A stretch of 35,916 bases of DNA, from the IMG/VR virus record IMGVR_UViG_3300045988_120569; one strand, 5' to 3'. The DNA is from a virus. Below are positions 22,954 to 32,729 of this stretch, piece after piece. A program made the translations under genes and the position numbers. Below the pieces are notes generated by a model. That model was not told the origin of the DNA. It saw only the letters and a list, made by a program, of their open reading frames with translations, and searched no databases. How positions within the stretch are numbered: position 1 is the stretch's first letter; each line of letters starts with the position of its first letter.

Positions 22954-23850
22954 ATGATGGATATTGGGAGAGAGAGCTTTGAGCGGGTGGTGCCTGCTTT
23001 TAAAACGCCTACGGGTGAGGTGTTTAAGAAGGTGGAGCGGTTTGTGAAGGAGGCTGCTGCTGAATGGGACTCGGTGATGGTGGAGGGAGCTAAACTCTCG
23101 GCTGTTATTGAGGAGAAACTGAAGGTGGCAATTTGCTCGAGAGCTGCTTATAATGCTGTGCCTCACTTGGACCTTGTGCTTACGCCTACGGGATTTGGCA
23201 TTGTGAGTAACCAAAACACGGCTCCTGCATCGAAGGAACGTGTGGGGGCGTTGCGTGAACAGTTGCGCATGGATGCCAGCCGTATGGAAGATGATGTGAT
23301 GGAGTATTTGGCCTGGGAGAACCTGATGGTGGACAGACAACTGCGCGTGAGAAACTTGCTTTGGACTGCCAGCCTGATGGACCGCTATGGCATTAGACCG
23401 AATGACAATGTGCTTGAGCGATTGTTTCAGCGCAATGTGTTGTGGCAAACTCCTTACTTTTACGGCTATGGTGCGAGAACTAAGGACTCTCGCAGGGTAT
23501 ATGCGGAGGAGAGGCAGGAGCTTATGACGGCTATGCACGATGCGAATGCAAGACTTGTGGACGTGATTTCGCCTGAACTGAATGAGGCTTTGATAGCCTT
23601 TCAGTATGGTGGGCTTAAGCCTAAGCCTGATGACGCGATACTATACGCTATGTTGCTTGAAAAAACGCGTTATTTGCTTGCTGCATACGTGATGCAACAG
23701 CCGACGGCTCACTTTGAGCGACAGCTGCTTGACATGCTAATGAAGCATGCTGCGGAGATTCCTGAATTTTACAATAGTAGGACTTATGAGGCCTACAAGG
23801 TGAAGGCTTATGAAAATGAGAAAGATGATGCGTGCTACTTCTTCTGTTAA
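22954..23850 (+). CDS. Hypothetical virion-module protein
   Basis: 298-aa ORF after the conserved leader CGAAATAAATAAAAG. Confidence 0.55.
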   Translation: MMDIGRESFERVVPAFKTPTGEVFKKVERFVKEAAAEWDSVMVEGAKLSAVIEEKLKVAICSRAAYNAVPHLDLVLTPTGFGIVSNQNTAPASKERVGALREQLRMDASRMEDDVMEYLAWENLMVDRQLRVRNLLWTASLMDRYGIRPNDNVLERLFQRNVLWQTPYFYGYGARTKDSRRVYAEERQELMTAMHDANARLVDVISPELNEALIAFQYGGLKPKPDDAILYAMLLEKTRYLLAAYVMQQPTAHFERQLLDMLMKHAAEIPEFYNSRTYEAYKVKAYENEKDDACYFFC

Positions 23851-24538
23851 GAACGGAGAGGTGGTTGTGGAGGTTCCGTTGCGCTGGACTGCCTTGACGG
23901 ATGGGCAAAGACGCTATGTGTGTGAGTTGCTGAGTGCTGAACAATGGAGCCTGGAGGAGGTGAAGGCGCTGCTGATGGTGCGCCTTGTGGGTGATGGTGC
24001 GAAGCTTTGGCGTGGTGCGAAACGGCAGGGTGACTTGGCGATGCAGGTTGCTGAGGGCATGGCTTTGCTTGACTGGATGGATACTCCACCTGAGGAACCA
24101 GCTTTGCTTGGTGAGATTGATGGGTGCAAGGCTAAAGACGCCATGCTGCATGGTGTGGCGTTTAGGGACTATTTGGCGATTGAGAATTTCTATCAGGGAT
24201 ACTTGATGAGCCAAAATGATGCAGCCTTGGACGCTATGGGCGGTGTGGTGTATGGTGGACTTGGCAGACCGTTGACACGCGGTGAGCGCTACATGCTGCT
24301 GCTTTGGATGGTTGGGCTGAAGGCTTGCTATGCACGGTTGTTTCCGCACTTGTTTAGCCATACGGCTGAGGATGGTGGCGAAGCGCCTGATGCGCGTGAG
24401 GTGATGTGTGCTGAGATTAGAGCTTTGACGGGTGGAGACATTACGAAGCAGGAGGCAGTGCTGAATGCTGACACGATTGATGCACTGACTGAGCTTGACG
24501 CTAAGGCTAGGGAGAGTGAAGAATTAAGTAATAAGTAA
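23810..24538 (+). CDS. Hypothetical protein
   Basis: 242-aa ORF overlapping the previous gene by 41 nt. The true start may be a later Met (23816-23828). It ends ...ELSNK in an AGTAATA repeat. Confidence 0.5.
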   Translation: MKMRKMMRATSSVKNGEVVVEVPLRWTALTDGQRRYVCELLSAEQWSLEEVKALLMVRLVGDGAKLWRGAKRQGDLAMQVAEGMALLDWMDTPPEEPALLGEIDGCKAKDAMLHGVAFRDYLAIENFYQGYLMSQNDAALDAMGGVVYGGLGRPLTRGERYMLLLWMVGLKACYARLFPHLFSHTAEDGGEAPDAREVMCAEIRALTGGDITKQEAVLNADTIDALTELDAKARESEELSNK

Positions 24539-24547
24539 TAAGTATTG

Positions 24548-25054
24548 ATGGGTGAAAGCGTGGATAAGCAGCCTTTTGACTTTGTGAGTTACATGGGGCG
24601 CGTTGTGGCTGAGAACCGATTGGCACAGAAGGAGGGCTTTGCGGTGACTACTTGCTCGGGAATTGAGCATTTGGAGGGTATGTTGGATATGTACCAGACG
24701 GGGGCGAACTTTGTGTGTACGAGTGATGTGTGCCAAGAGAGTTTGTTCACTTCGAGCGGTGGATGGTTTAAGCGCAGGGTGTTCACTGTGTTTGTGTTGG
24801 CACGGTATGCGTATGGCGATGGTGCGGACTATGCTGCAAAGATGGGGCTTTGCCGTGAGTTGTTCAGGCAGATGTGTGCGAGGTTTATTCGTGACAGTGA
24901 GGAATTGCAGACTCGGTTGCTTTACTTGAACACGGGGGATATTCGGAGTAATGAGTTGGGTGGTATGTTTTTGAATGGTTGCACGGGGCTTTATTTTATG
25001 CTGTCAATGGATGAGCCTACGGACTTGGTTTATAATGCGGAGGAATGGTTATGA
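24548..25054 (+). CDS. Hypothetical protein
   Basis: The track start at 24545 is TTG; the ATG is at 24548. ATGGTTATGA overlap with the next gene. Confidence 0.5.
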   Translation: MGESVDKQPFDFVSYMGRVVAENRLAQKEGFAVTTCSGIEHLEGMLDMYQTGANFVCTSDVCQESLFTSSGGWFKRRVFTVFVLARYAYGDGADYAAKMGLCRELFRQMCARFIRDSEELQTRLLYLNTGDIRSNELGGMFLNGCTGLYFMLSMDEPTDLVYNAEEWL

Positions 25055-25290
25055 AGATGCGTAAGATTTGCTTAAAGGATGCGCTGCGACTGCTTGAGGA
25101 TAAGGAGGCGCATGACTTGAAGGTGTGGAAGTTGAGCACGGGGGACATTTTGCACTATAAAGGGGCAGTGTGTGTGGGTGGCTGGAACCGCGGTGGCACG
25201 CATAGGGTGAGGCTGCCTCAGAGTGCGCTGATTAGGGAGTTTCGGGATGTGACGTTGTTTGAGGTGGATGGTATGGAGGTGTATTGGTGA
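25045..25290 (+). CDS. Hypothetical small protein
   Basis: 81-aa ORF, translationally coupled. Confidence 0.5.
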   Translation: MVMKMRKICLKDALRLLEDKEAHDLKVWKLSTGDILHYKGAVCVGGWNRGGTHRVRLPQSALIREFRDVTLFEVDGMEVYW

Positions 25291-25310
25291 GAAGAAATGG
25301 GGAGTTTTAG

Positions 25311-25400
25311 GCTAGAGGAGCTAGAGGGACTAGAGGGGCTAGAAGGGCTGGCGCTTGAGGAGATAGAAGGAGGGCGCGACCGCGCGGGGCTGGCGCTTGA
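25311..25400. repeat. 9-bp CTAGAGG array (4 units) plus two GGCGCTTGA boxes (25350-25358, 25392-25400) flanking GCGCGACCGCGCG (25374-25386)
   Basis: Read directly. TAG at 25313, 25322, 25331 and 25340. Confidence 0.85.
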
Positions 25401-25459
25401 GGGAATATAGAAAGGGCTGGCGCGATGGATGGTTTAAAAAAAGAAAATGATTGGGAGTG

Positions 25460-25891
25460 ATGGGGAATGAACGGAGCAAGGATTCGGAGCTTTACTTGAA
25501 GGCTTGGCGAATGAAGATGGTGCAGATTTGGCAGGACCGATTGGACTTGCTTGGGGTGCATGATACGGGGGCTTTGAGACGGAGCGTGAAGGCTGGTGAA
25601 CTGAACTTGCGCGACGCGGAGGCGGATATGGCTTTTAAGTTTTTGGAGTATGGCATTTATGTGGACTTGGGCGTTGGTAATGGGTACCGGCATGGGAATG
25701 GTGGTGACTTGGCGTTTTTGGGCAAGGCGTATAGGGCTGAACATCATTTGGGTAAGGCTCGTGAACGTAAGCCGTGGTTTAACAAGTCGTGGTACATCTC
25801 GGTGGAGGTGCTGAAGAATAGACTTGCAGAGATTTTGGGGGATGACTTTGCGGGGGCATTTGACTCGCTGACGGATAAGGAAAGGGGGTGA
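25460..25891 (+). CDS. Hypothetical virion-module protein
   Basis: The track start at 25451 is TTG; the ATG is at 25460. 143 aa. Confidence 0.5.
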   Translation: MGNERSKDSELYLKAWRMKMVQIWQDRLDLLGVHDTGALRRSVKAGELNLRDAEADMAFKFLEYGIYVDLGVGNGYRHGNGGDLAFLGKAYRAEHHLGKARERKPWFNKSWYISVEVLKNRLAEILGDDFAGAFDSLTDKERG

Positions 25892-25907
25892 AGAACTCCC
25901 TTTTTTT
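25883..25907 (+). terminator. Rho-independent terminator overlapping the stop codon
   Basis: AGGGGG (25883-25888) pairs with CTCCCT (25896-25901), followed by T7. Confidence 0.6.
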
Positions 25908-25972
25908 GTTCTTTTTTGGAGTTAACGGTGTTACTTTTGGGGAAAAGGTTTGGATGATTGGGAGGGAAGGAG

Positions 25973-25980
25973 TATATTTG
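25973..25980 (+). promoter_or_regulatory. TAtaTTTG -7 box with TTTG (25949-25952) 20 nt upstream
   Basis: Both Bacteroidota promoter elements are present at consensus-like spacing, 27 nt before ATG 26007. Confidence 0.55.
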
Positions 25981-26006
25981 CGGTAGGAAACTTAAAATGA
26001 ATGGTT

Positions 26007-26162
26007 ATGCTTGAGATTATATTTATATTGGCTGTTCTTTATTTTGTTGGCTGGAGAGGTAGGAATAAACTCAAAACAGGAAAGTATTCAAGAGAAAGAC
26101 AAAGAAAAAGATATTTGGAAACAGGCAATAGACGCTATCTAAGCGATCGAGATTTAGACTGA
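26007..26162 (+). CDS. 51-aa single-pass membrane protein with a basic tail (absent from the ORF track)
   Basis: Hand translation: MLEIIFILAVLYFVGWRGRNKLKTGKYSRERQRKRYLETGNRRYLSDRDLD. Confidence 0.45.
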   Translation: MLEIIFILAVLYFVGWRGRNKLKTGKYSRERQRKRYLETGNRRYLSDRDLD

Positions 26163-26241
26163 TTGTTGTTTGTCTTTTTGCGAGGTGTAGGTTATACTGA
26201 ACTGCTTGGTTGAATGTTGAACTAATATTAAATTATATGAT

Positions 26242-26463
26242 ATGGATGGTATAGATATTGCTTTTATAGTGTTTGCTGTGGTTTGTTGCTTGTTTTTTAT
26301 GTTTCTCGCTTGGAATAGTTCTTCTGCAGAAACGAAAGAACAAAAGAAACCTAAGGCTCCACAACAAACATTGACACCTGCTGAACGCGAAATGCAAGAA
26401 CAGACGAAGATGTTGAGAAGGCTTTATTGGCTAACTTTTTGGAATAGTTTAAGAAAGAAATAG
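26242..26463 (+). CDS. 73-aa single-pass membrane protein with a basic/Gln-rich tail
   Basis: IDIAFIVFAVVCCLFFMFLAW TM segment. Looks AT-richer than its neighbours by eye. Confidence 0.5.
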   Translation: MDGIDIAFIVFAVVCCLFFMFLAWNSSSAETKEQKKPKAPQQTLTPAEREMQEQTKMLRRLYWLTFWNSLRKK

Positions 26464-26495
26464 CGTTTGCTTTGTCTTTTTATGAGGCATAAGAA

Positions 26496-26536
26496 TGTGT
26501 TACTTTTGGAGAAAATCTAAAAGTAACACATTTTTT
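26496..26536 (+). terminator. Strong hairpin plus T6 ending 4 nt before the tape-measure ATG
   Basis: TGTGTTACTTTT (26496-26507) pairs with AAAAGTAACACA (26519-26530), followed by TTTTTT. Confidence 0.75.
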
Positions 26537-26540
26537 GTAT

Positions 26541-29500
26541 ATGAGCAACATAAACATTAAGACCGTGACGCTTGCAATAAACTCGGAGCAAGCGCAACGC
26601 AAACTTGACGAGATTAACAAAAAGCTTGAGGAGGCACGTAAGAAGAAGTCGGAGGCTTTTGACCGTGGCGACGGTAAGGCTTTGCAGGCTTATGCGAAGG
26701 AGATTAAAAGTCTGGAAGCTCAAAGCGCACGTTTGCAAAGCCGTGCATCGACGGTGGAGAAAGTGTTGAACAACTTGGACAAAGCGACTCCGCGTGAACT
26801 GAAGGCTACGATTAAGGAGATTAACCGAGAACTGAACAGCGGAAATGTGAAACGTGGCGAGGAACAATGGAAAGAACTTACACGTGCACTGCAGGAGACG
26901 AAAGCAGAACTGAAGAAAATCAGCGATGAGCAGAAGGCTGCAGAGGGTGGCTTTGGATGGGGAATTCGTAAAAGCTTAATTGATTGGGGCAACGATTGGA
27001 ACGGTTTAACCGTTGTGTTTGACAGCATTTTGGGCAAACTGAGTGCAGCCAAAGAACTCGTGGGTGAGTTTGTTAACGAATATGCTGAGATGGCTGAGCA
27101 CACATCGGGGGTGTCAAAATATACGGGACTTGCTAAGGATGAGGTGGATGCGCTGAACGAAAGCTTTAAGCAGTTGGACACTCGAACGCCACGCGAGAAG
27201 TTGAACGATCTTGCTGCGGATGCTGGGCGACTGGGCATTCAGAGTAAGGGGGCTGTGCTTGGCTTTGTGGAAGCTGCAGACCAAATAAATGTGGCTCTTG
27301 GCGAGGACTTGGGCGAGGACGCTGTGAAGAACATTGGTAAGTTGGCGCAGATGTTTGGCACTGACAAGACGATGGGACTGAAGCAAGCGATGTTATCGAC
27401 TGCAAGTGTGATTAACGAGTTGGCACAGAGCTCGAGCGCGAGTGAGGGGTACATTATGGAATTCACGAACCGCTTGGCTGGTGTGGGTAATCAGGCAGGA
27501 ATGTCGCAAGCGCAGTTGATGGGTCTTGCCTCGGTGATGGACCAAAACCAAGTGGCAGTGGAGAAAGGTGCTACGGCATTGCAGAATGTGTTGACGGCAC
27601 TGTTCAAGGATCCTGCAAAGATGGCAAAGGCTGCAGGGCTTGAGGTGGAGGCATTCACCAAGAAACTTTCGGTGGATGCGAATGGTGCACTGTTGGAGTT
27701 TTTGCAAGCACTGAATAGTGCAGGAGGCATGGACAGACTGACGCCTATGCTCGCTGAGATGGGACTGAATGGTGCAGGTGTGACGCAAACGCTCTCGACG
27801 CTTGCAGGAAAGCTGAGCGATGTGAAGGTGGCACAGACTGAGGCTGCAAGAGCTTTTGAGGAGGGCACATCGTGCACGAATGAGTTTATGGCATCGAACA
27901 AGACGGCTAAGGCTGAACTGGAGAAGGCACAGAAGAAGGTGAAGGACTTGCGCGTGGAACTTGGGGAGAGATTGTATCCTGTGTTTACGAGCATGAATAA
28001 CGCTGTGGTGGTGGCTGCTCCTGTTCTGAGAGGGCTTATCAGTTTGCTTGGTACGGTGGTGAGCTTTGTGGGCGAGAATGCGCGTGCGATAGTGACTGCT
28101 ACGGTGGCTGTGGCAGCTTATACGGCTGCAATAAAGATACACTTGGTGTGGCAAGCCCTTTGCAAAGCAGGTACGGTTGCATGGACTGCTGCTACAACGG
28201 CTTTGACGACTGCACAGAATGCGCTGAATATTGCGACAAAAGCCAATGGTTTTGCTGCACTTGCTTCGCTCATCTTATCGGCAGTTGCTGCGCTTGGCAC
28301 TTGGCTTTTTATGAGCAATAGTGCAACGGAGGCTGAGGAGAAGAACACGAAGGCTAAGAAGGCTAATGCTTCGGCTACGGACGAACAACGCCGTAAGCAA
28401 GAATTGCTGAACGCTGTGAAGAAGGCTCAAGCTGACAGCACGAAGGATGAGCGTGCGCAGATAGAGATGTTGACGGGAATTATTCGTGATAACTCTGCGA
28501 GCATTGATGACAGACGTGCTGCGATAGCTAAGTTGCAACAGATTGTGCCAGGGTATCATGCCTCGATTAGCTCGAGCGGTGTGTTGATTGAGAAGAACAC
28601 TAGGGCGATTGATGACTATATTGCTCAGCTTGACCGTTTGGCTTTGGCGCAAGCGGTGTTTGAGAAGTTGCAGGAGAATGCGAAAAAGCAGATAGACATT
28701 GACAGAGCCATTGATGCTTGGAATAAGGCTATTGCTTATCGTGATGAGCAGATGAAGAAGCCTGGGCATGAGAGTCGCACTGAGGGGCCTGGTATGACCT
28801 TGACTGGTCCTGATGGCAAGAAGATTACGAGCAACATTGAAGGTAACTTTACGAGAATTGAAGATGAGCGCATACAGAGAGAAAATAAGCGGAAATATAA
28901 TTTTTATGTAGAACAAGGAAAGCAGATCCAAAAAGATAATCAAGACCTACTTGACTACTTGAAAAAGAAAGGTGCTTGGGGTGAATATACTAAGATAGTA
29001 GCAAATGGTGGTGTGACTTCTCCGTTGAGGGGTGTGCCGACGTTTAGCCCTACTGCAGGTGGCAAGGGTACAGGGGGAAGCCATGGCGGTGGAAATGGTG
29101 GCAGCCATGGTGAAACGGACTTGAAGAAGAAGGAGCGTGAGAAGTTGGAGAAAAAGGCAGAAAAGCAGCGCTTGGTGGCAAAGACGCAATATGATGCGGG
29201 ACTTATTGACCATCGTGAATATTCAGCCCAAAAACTGGATATTGACGCGAAGCTTTATGCTGATGAACGCGACCTATACGACAAAAACTCTGATGAATGG
29301 GTGAAATTGGAGCAAAAACGACTTGATGTGAAGAATGAAACACGCAAGGAGAACCATGCTTGGAGCATCCACGAATTGGACGTGGAGGAGAAGGAAGAAT
29401 TGGAGGTTGCTAAGAAGAATTATATTGACGGCACGGTGACGGAGGAGCAGTATGAGAAGACGAAGAGTGAAATAAAGCTGAACTACCTGAAGCGTCGTGC

Positions 29501-30755
29501 TGCGATGAGTAAACTGTATGGTCAAGAGGAGGATGCTGCAAAGTATGAGAGCGAATATAACGAGGCGGTAGAGGCTGATGCTTTGCAGAGAAGAAAGGAA
29601 TTTTGGGAGAAGGTGAGCAAGATGCGCGATGAGTATTTGGCTCTTGACTTGGAGAAACAGAAGGCTGCGGAGTTGGCTTTTTTGGAGGAGTTGCACAATA
29701 AGCATGATGATGCTTTGCTGAGTGAGGAGGAGTATCAGAAGGCGAAGAAGGCGATTGAAGAAAAGTATAAGAAGAAAGCGGAGAATGAGAAAAATGGGAA
29801 AGGTGATGGAGACGATGAATGGAAGATTAAGAACCCATTAGGCAGTTCGACGGACACGTGGAGCCAGGGCGTGGAGAAGTTTGCACGGGTGCTGGCTTCG
29901 CTGAAAATGAAGTTGAAGGATGGTGAGGCATCGTGGGAGGACTATGCTGCTGTGGGTGTGGCTTCGATTGCGATGCTATCGGCTGTTATGGACACGATGT
30001 CGCAAGTGTTCCAGGTGCAACAGCAAGAGGAAGAGGCTAAGGTGACGGCTAAGTATGATGCTGAGATTAAGGCTGCTGGACAGAACTCTGCGAGGGGTAA
30101 GCAGTTGGAGGAACAGAAGCAGAAGGACTTGGCTAAGGTTAAGAATAAGTATAACAAGAAGATGATGACCGTGGAGATTGCTCAGGCTGTGGCGCAAACT
30201 GCGATGAATGCTATTATGGCTTATGGCTCGGTTGTGAAGATTCCGATTGTTGGTCCTGCCTTGGCTGTGGCTGCTGCAGCTGCTGCTACGGCTGCGGGTA
30301 TGATTCAGATTGCTACGATTAAGAAACAGCATGCTGCGCAGAGTGAGGGCTACTATGAGGGTGGCTTTACGGGTGGTAACAGATGGAGACGCTCGGCTGG
30401 TGTGGTGCATGAGGGTGAGTTTGTGGCGAACCATGAGGCGGTGAGGAACCCGAATGTGTTGCCTGTGTTGCAGCTGATTGACCATGCGCAACGGACGAAC
30501 CGTATTGCTAGTTTGACGGCTGCGGATGTGAGTAGGGCTATTGCTGCTCCGCTTGCTACGTCGGCTAACACGGCGGCTACGGCGAGTGTGGCTGCTCTGC
30601 AGGTGGCTGACGGGGGAGCGAATGGCGCGACGAATGAGGTGTTGACGAGACTGACGGAGCAGATGGACCGAGGCATTAAGGCTGTGGTGGTGATTGATGG
30701 TCCTGAGGGATTGGACAGACAATGGACTTTGTATAACAAAATGAAGAGGCAATGA
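26541..30755 (+). CDS. Tail tape measure protein
   Basis: About 1400 aa with long coiled coils, an internal TM cluster (aa ~490-600) and a tape-measure core (LAQSSSASEGYIMEFTNRLAGVGNQAGMSQAQLMGLASV). The track start at 26535 is TTG; the ATG is at 26541. Confidence 0.85.
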   Translation: MSNINIKTVTLAINSEQAQRKLDEINKKLEEARKKKSEAFDRGDGKALQAYAKEIKSLEAQSARLQSRASTVEKVLNNLDKATPRELKATIKEINRELNSGNVKRGEEQWKELTRALQETKAELKKISDEQKAAEGGFGWGIRKSLIDWGNDWNGLTVVFDSILGKLSAAKELVGEFVNEYAEMAEHTSGVSKYTGLAKDEVDALNESFKQLDTRTPREKLNDLAADAGRLGIQSKGAVLGFVEAADQINVALGEDLGEDAVKNIGKLAQMFGTDKTMGLKQAMLSTASVINELAQSSSASEGYIMEFTNRLAGVGNQAGMSQAQLMGLASVMDQNQVAVEKGATALQNVLTALFKDPAKMAKAAGLEVEAFTKKLSVDANGALLEFLQALNSAGGMDRLTPMLAEMGLNGAGVTQTLSTLAGKLSDVKVAQTEAARAFEEGTSCTNEFMASNKTAKAELEKAQKKVKDLRVELGERLYPVFTSMNNAVVVAAPVLRGLISLLGTVVSFVGENARAIVTATVAVAAYTAAIKIHLVWQALCKAGTVAWTAATTALTTAQNALNIATKANGFAALASLILSAVAALGTWLFMSNSATEAEEKNTKAKKANASATDEQRRKQELLNAVKKAQADSTKDERAQIEMLTGIIRDNSASIDDRRAAIAKLQQIVPGYHASISSSGVLIEKNTRAIDDYIAQLDRLALAQAVFEKLQENAKKQIDIDRAIDAWNKAIAYRDEQMKKPGHESRTEGPGMTLTGPDGKKITSNIEGNFTRIEDERIQRENKRKYNFYVEQGKQIQKDNQDLLDYLKKKGAWGEYTKIVANGGVTSPLRGVPTFSPTAGGKGTGGSHGGGNGGSHGETDLKKKEREKLEKKAEKQRLVAKTQYDAGLIDHREYSAQKLDIDAKLYADERDLYDKNSDEWVKLEQKRLDVKNETRKENHAWSIHELDVEEKEELEVAKKNYIDGTVTEEQYEKTKSEIKLNYLKRRAAMSKLYGQEEDAAKYESEYNEAVEADALQRRKEFWEKVSKMRDEYLALDLEKQKAAELAFLEELHNKHDDALLSEEEYQKAKKAIEEKYKKKAENEKNGKGDGDDEWKIKNPLGSSTDTWSQGVEKFARVLASLKMKLKDGEASWEDYAAVGVASIAMLSAVMDTMSQVFQVQQQEEEAKVTAKYDAEIKAAGQNSARGKQLEEQKQKDLAKVKNKYNKKMMTVEIAQAVAQTAMNAIMAYGSVVKIPIVGPALAVAAAAAATAAGMIQIATIKKQHAAQSEGYYEGGFTGGNRWRRSAGVVHEGEFVANHEAVRNPNVLPVLQLIDHAQRTNRIASLTAADVSRAIAAPLATSANTAATASVAALQVADGGANGATNEVLTRLTEQMDRGIKAVVVIDGPEGLDRQWTLYNKMKRQ

Positions 30756-32596
30756 TTAAATTGATGATTGACGGGAAGGTGGCTGTGTTGAAGGCTGGAA
30801 CGTCGTTTAAGTTGACACGCATGAATCCTTATTTTGAGGATCAGGGGGACTTTACGTTTGAGGTGCAGCTGCCCTTGGATGGGTGTGCTGAGAACTTGGC
30901 GATTTTTGGTGCTCTGCATCGGACTGAGGTGGGGGTGGCTGGTTGGGCTAATGTGGAACTGCCGATGCACTTGATTGCTCCACCCGTGGACGTGGTGGGT
31001 GTGGCTAAGGTGATGACGGTGACGGATGCGGAGGTGAAGGTGCAGTTGCTTGCGGGTAAGAGTGCGGTGAATGACTTTGGGAAGGATGCTAATGGGAATG
31101 ACTTGTACATTGATGAATTGGACTTGGGGCTGAAGCTGGAGAACCCGAACACGCCTGTGGGATTTCAAGAGGGGTATGATAAGGATCATTTGTTTGTGAC
31201 GTTCCCTGTGAGGGATGGTGAGGGGATGATTGTGAATTACCCGAAGTGGAAGTATTGGACGAAGAATGATGTGGTGACTGAGAAGGTGTGTAAGTATATG
31301 AACTATGCTGTGCAGCCTTATTTGACAACGGTTATAAATGCCATTTTTAAGGCTTTGGGTTATGTTAAGAAGTGTAGTGTGTTTGACACTTCGTGGCTTA
31401 AAGGTGTGTTTGTGGCGAATAATGCGCAGACGAGTGACGTGAATGATGTGTTGCCTCATTGGACTGTTGCGGAGTTCTTTAAGGAGCTGCAGCGGACTTT
31501 TGGTGTGTACTTGGAGGTGAAGGAGTCGGTGGACGTGAGAGGCAAGGTGTTTAAGACGGTGAACTTGATTGGGCTGAGTTCGCACTATGAGGAGAGTGCT
31601 GATGCGGTGCTGACGAGGGTGACGGATGAGCTGACGACTGACATTGACCATGATGAAGGAAAGACGACGCTGGAGGGGAACACGGACTATGAGCATGGGA
31701 GTATTCCTGGTGTGGTGCGATTGCCTGATGAGGTGTGGGAGAAGGCTATTGTTATGACTTTTAACAATGAGACTTTGCTGCGCCAATGGGTGGGACAGCA
31801 TGTTGTGAGTGATGAGGAGAAAGCGACTTCGAAGTGGTTGTTTGTGGACTTGAATTTGAAGCGTACGCATGCTTTTTTGAAGTCGGCAAAGGATGGTAAG
31901 TTTTATTTGGCTGAGGTGGATTTGTTTCCGCCTTTGATTAAGAATGGTCCTTTTTATGGGGCTACAACGAAGCGAGATATTAACACGCGGTTGCGCATTG
32001 TGCCATTGCAGATGGGGTATCAGAGTTTTGAGTATGAGTATGTGCTTCATCCCACTGGTGGCGGGGAGGATGTTCTTCCTTCTACATTTGACGGATATCC
32101 TGTTTTGGTGAGCCAAACGCAATCGGTGGTGGTGCCTAAGAAGGTGGCGTATTCGGTGAATGATGCTGTTTGCGGTGATGGTGGCAGCGGTGAGAGCAGA
32201 ACGAAGCCTGACAAGTTGGAGGTGGCTTTGAACTCGTGTGTGGCATGGGGAAAGCAGCCTGATTTGTTTCCCTATAAATTGGCTCTTGGGGTTAACCTTT
32301 TGCCGACGGATGATGGTTTCTACTTGCCTTTGTCGGTGGCAACAAATGCGGCTCAACCGTTTCGCTTGCGGCCTTCTGCGCATGATGATGTGTGTGTGGG
32401 AAGGAACTTGGCGTTTGCTGAACGGATTAAGACGGCTGCTGAACACCAATTTGTGTTTTTGGACGATGTGGAGCTTGATCCTACGGCTACGTATGTGATT
32501 AAGGGGAAACGATATGCTTGCCATAAGATGGAGGTGACGATTGACACGAATGGGGTGCAACCTTTGAAGCGTGGGTATTTTTATGAGATTGAATGA
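30752..32596 (+). CDS. Distal tail / baseplate-type protein (by position)
   Basis: 614-aa ORF with an ATGA overlap on the tape-measure stop. Confidence 0.55.
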   Translation: MIKLMIDGKVAVLKAGTSFKLTRMNPYFEDQGDFTFEVQLPLDGCAENLAIFGALHRTEVGVAGWANVELPMHLIAPPVDVVGVAKVMTVTDAEVKVQLLAGKSAVNDFGKDANGNDLYIDELDLGLKLENPNTPVGFQEGYDKDHLFVTFPVRDGEGMIVNYPKWKYWTKNDVVTEKVCKYMNYAVQPYLTTVINAIFKALGYVKKCSVFDTSWLKGVFVANNAQTSDVNDVLPHWTVAEFFKELQRTFGVYLEVKESVDVRGKVFKTVNLIGLSSHYEESADAVLTRVTDELTTDIDHDEGKTTLEGNTDYEHGSIPGVVRLPDEVWEKAIVMTFNNETLLRQWVGQHVVSDEEKATSKWLFVDLNLKRTHAFLKSAKDGKFYLAEVDLFPPLIKNGPFYGATTKRDINTRLRIVPLQMGYQSFEYEYVLHPTGGGEDVLPSTFDGYPVLVSQTQSVVVPKKVAYSVNDAVCGDGGSGESRTKPDKLEVALNSCVAWGKQPDLFPYKLALGVNLLPTDDGFYLPLSVATNAAQPFRLRPSAHDDVCVGRNLAFAERIKTAAEHQFVFLDDVELDPTATYVIKGKRYACHKMEVTIDTNGVQPLKRGYFYEIE

Positions 32597-32597
32597 G

Positions 32598-32631
32598 GAA
32601 AGGCTCCAGGCTGATGGCTTGGGGCTTTTTT
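32598..32631 (+). terminator. Terminator AAGGCTCCAGGC-loop-GGCTTGGGGCTTTTTT (family copy 1)
   Basis: Imperfect long stem with G-U pairs plus a T-run. The same hairpin recurs at 33371-33404 and 34101-34134. Confidence 0.7.
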
Positions 32632-32686
32632 GAAAAATAATTTCAAATTTGTTATTATATTTCTTGGTTATTTACAAATTTGTTAT

Positions 32687-32694
32687 TATCTTTG
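32687..32694 (+). promoter_or_regulatory. TAtcTTTG -7 box of cassette 1
   Basis: TTG at 32664-32666, 20 nt upstream. A 15-bp direct repeat CAAATTTGTTATTAT occurs at 32644 and 32675. Confidence 0.5.
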
Positions 32695-32729
32695 TAGTGT
32701 AAATAATAAAAGAAAGGAGGTGTATATGA

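Noticed and set aside
24548-26540. Tail assembly chaperone pair with a programmed -1 frameshift upstream of the tape measure
   Set aside because: No slippery heptamer or overlapping extended frame was found. The region immediately upstream of the tape-measure gene is occupied by the terminator-bracketed membrane-protein moron.
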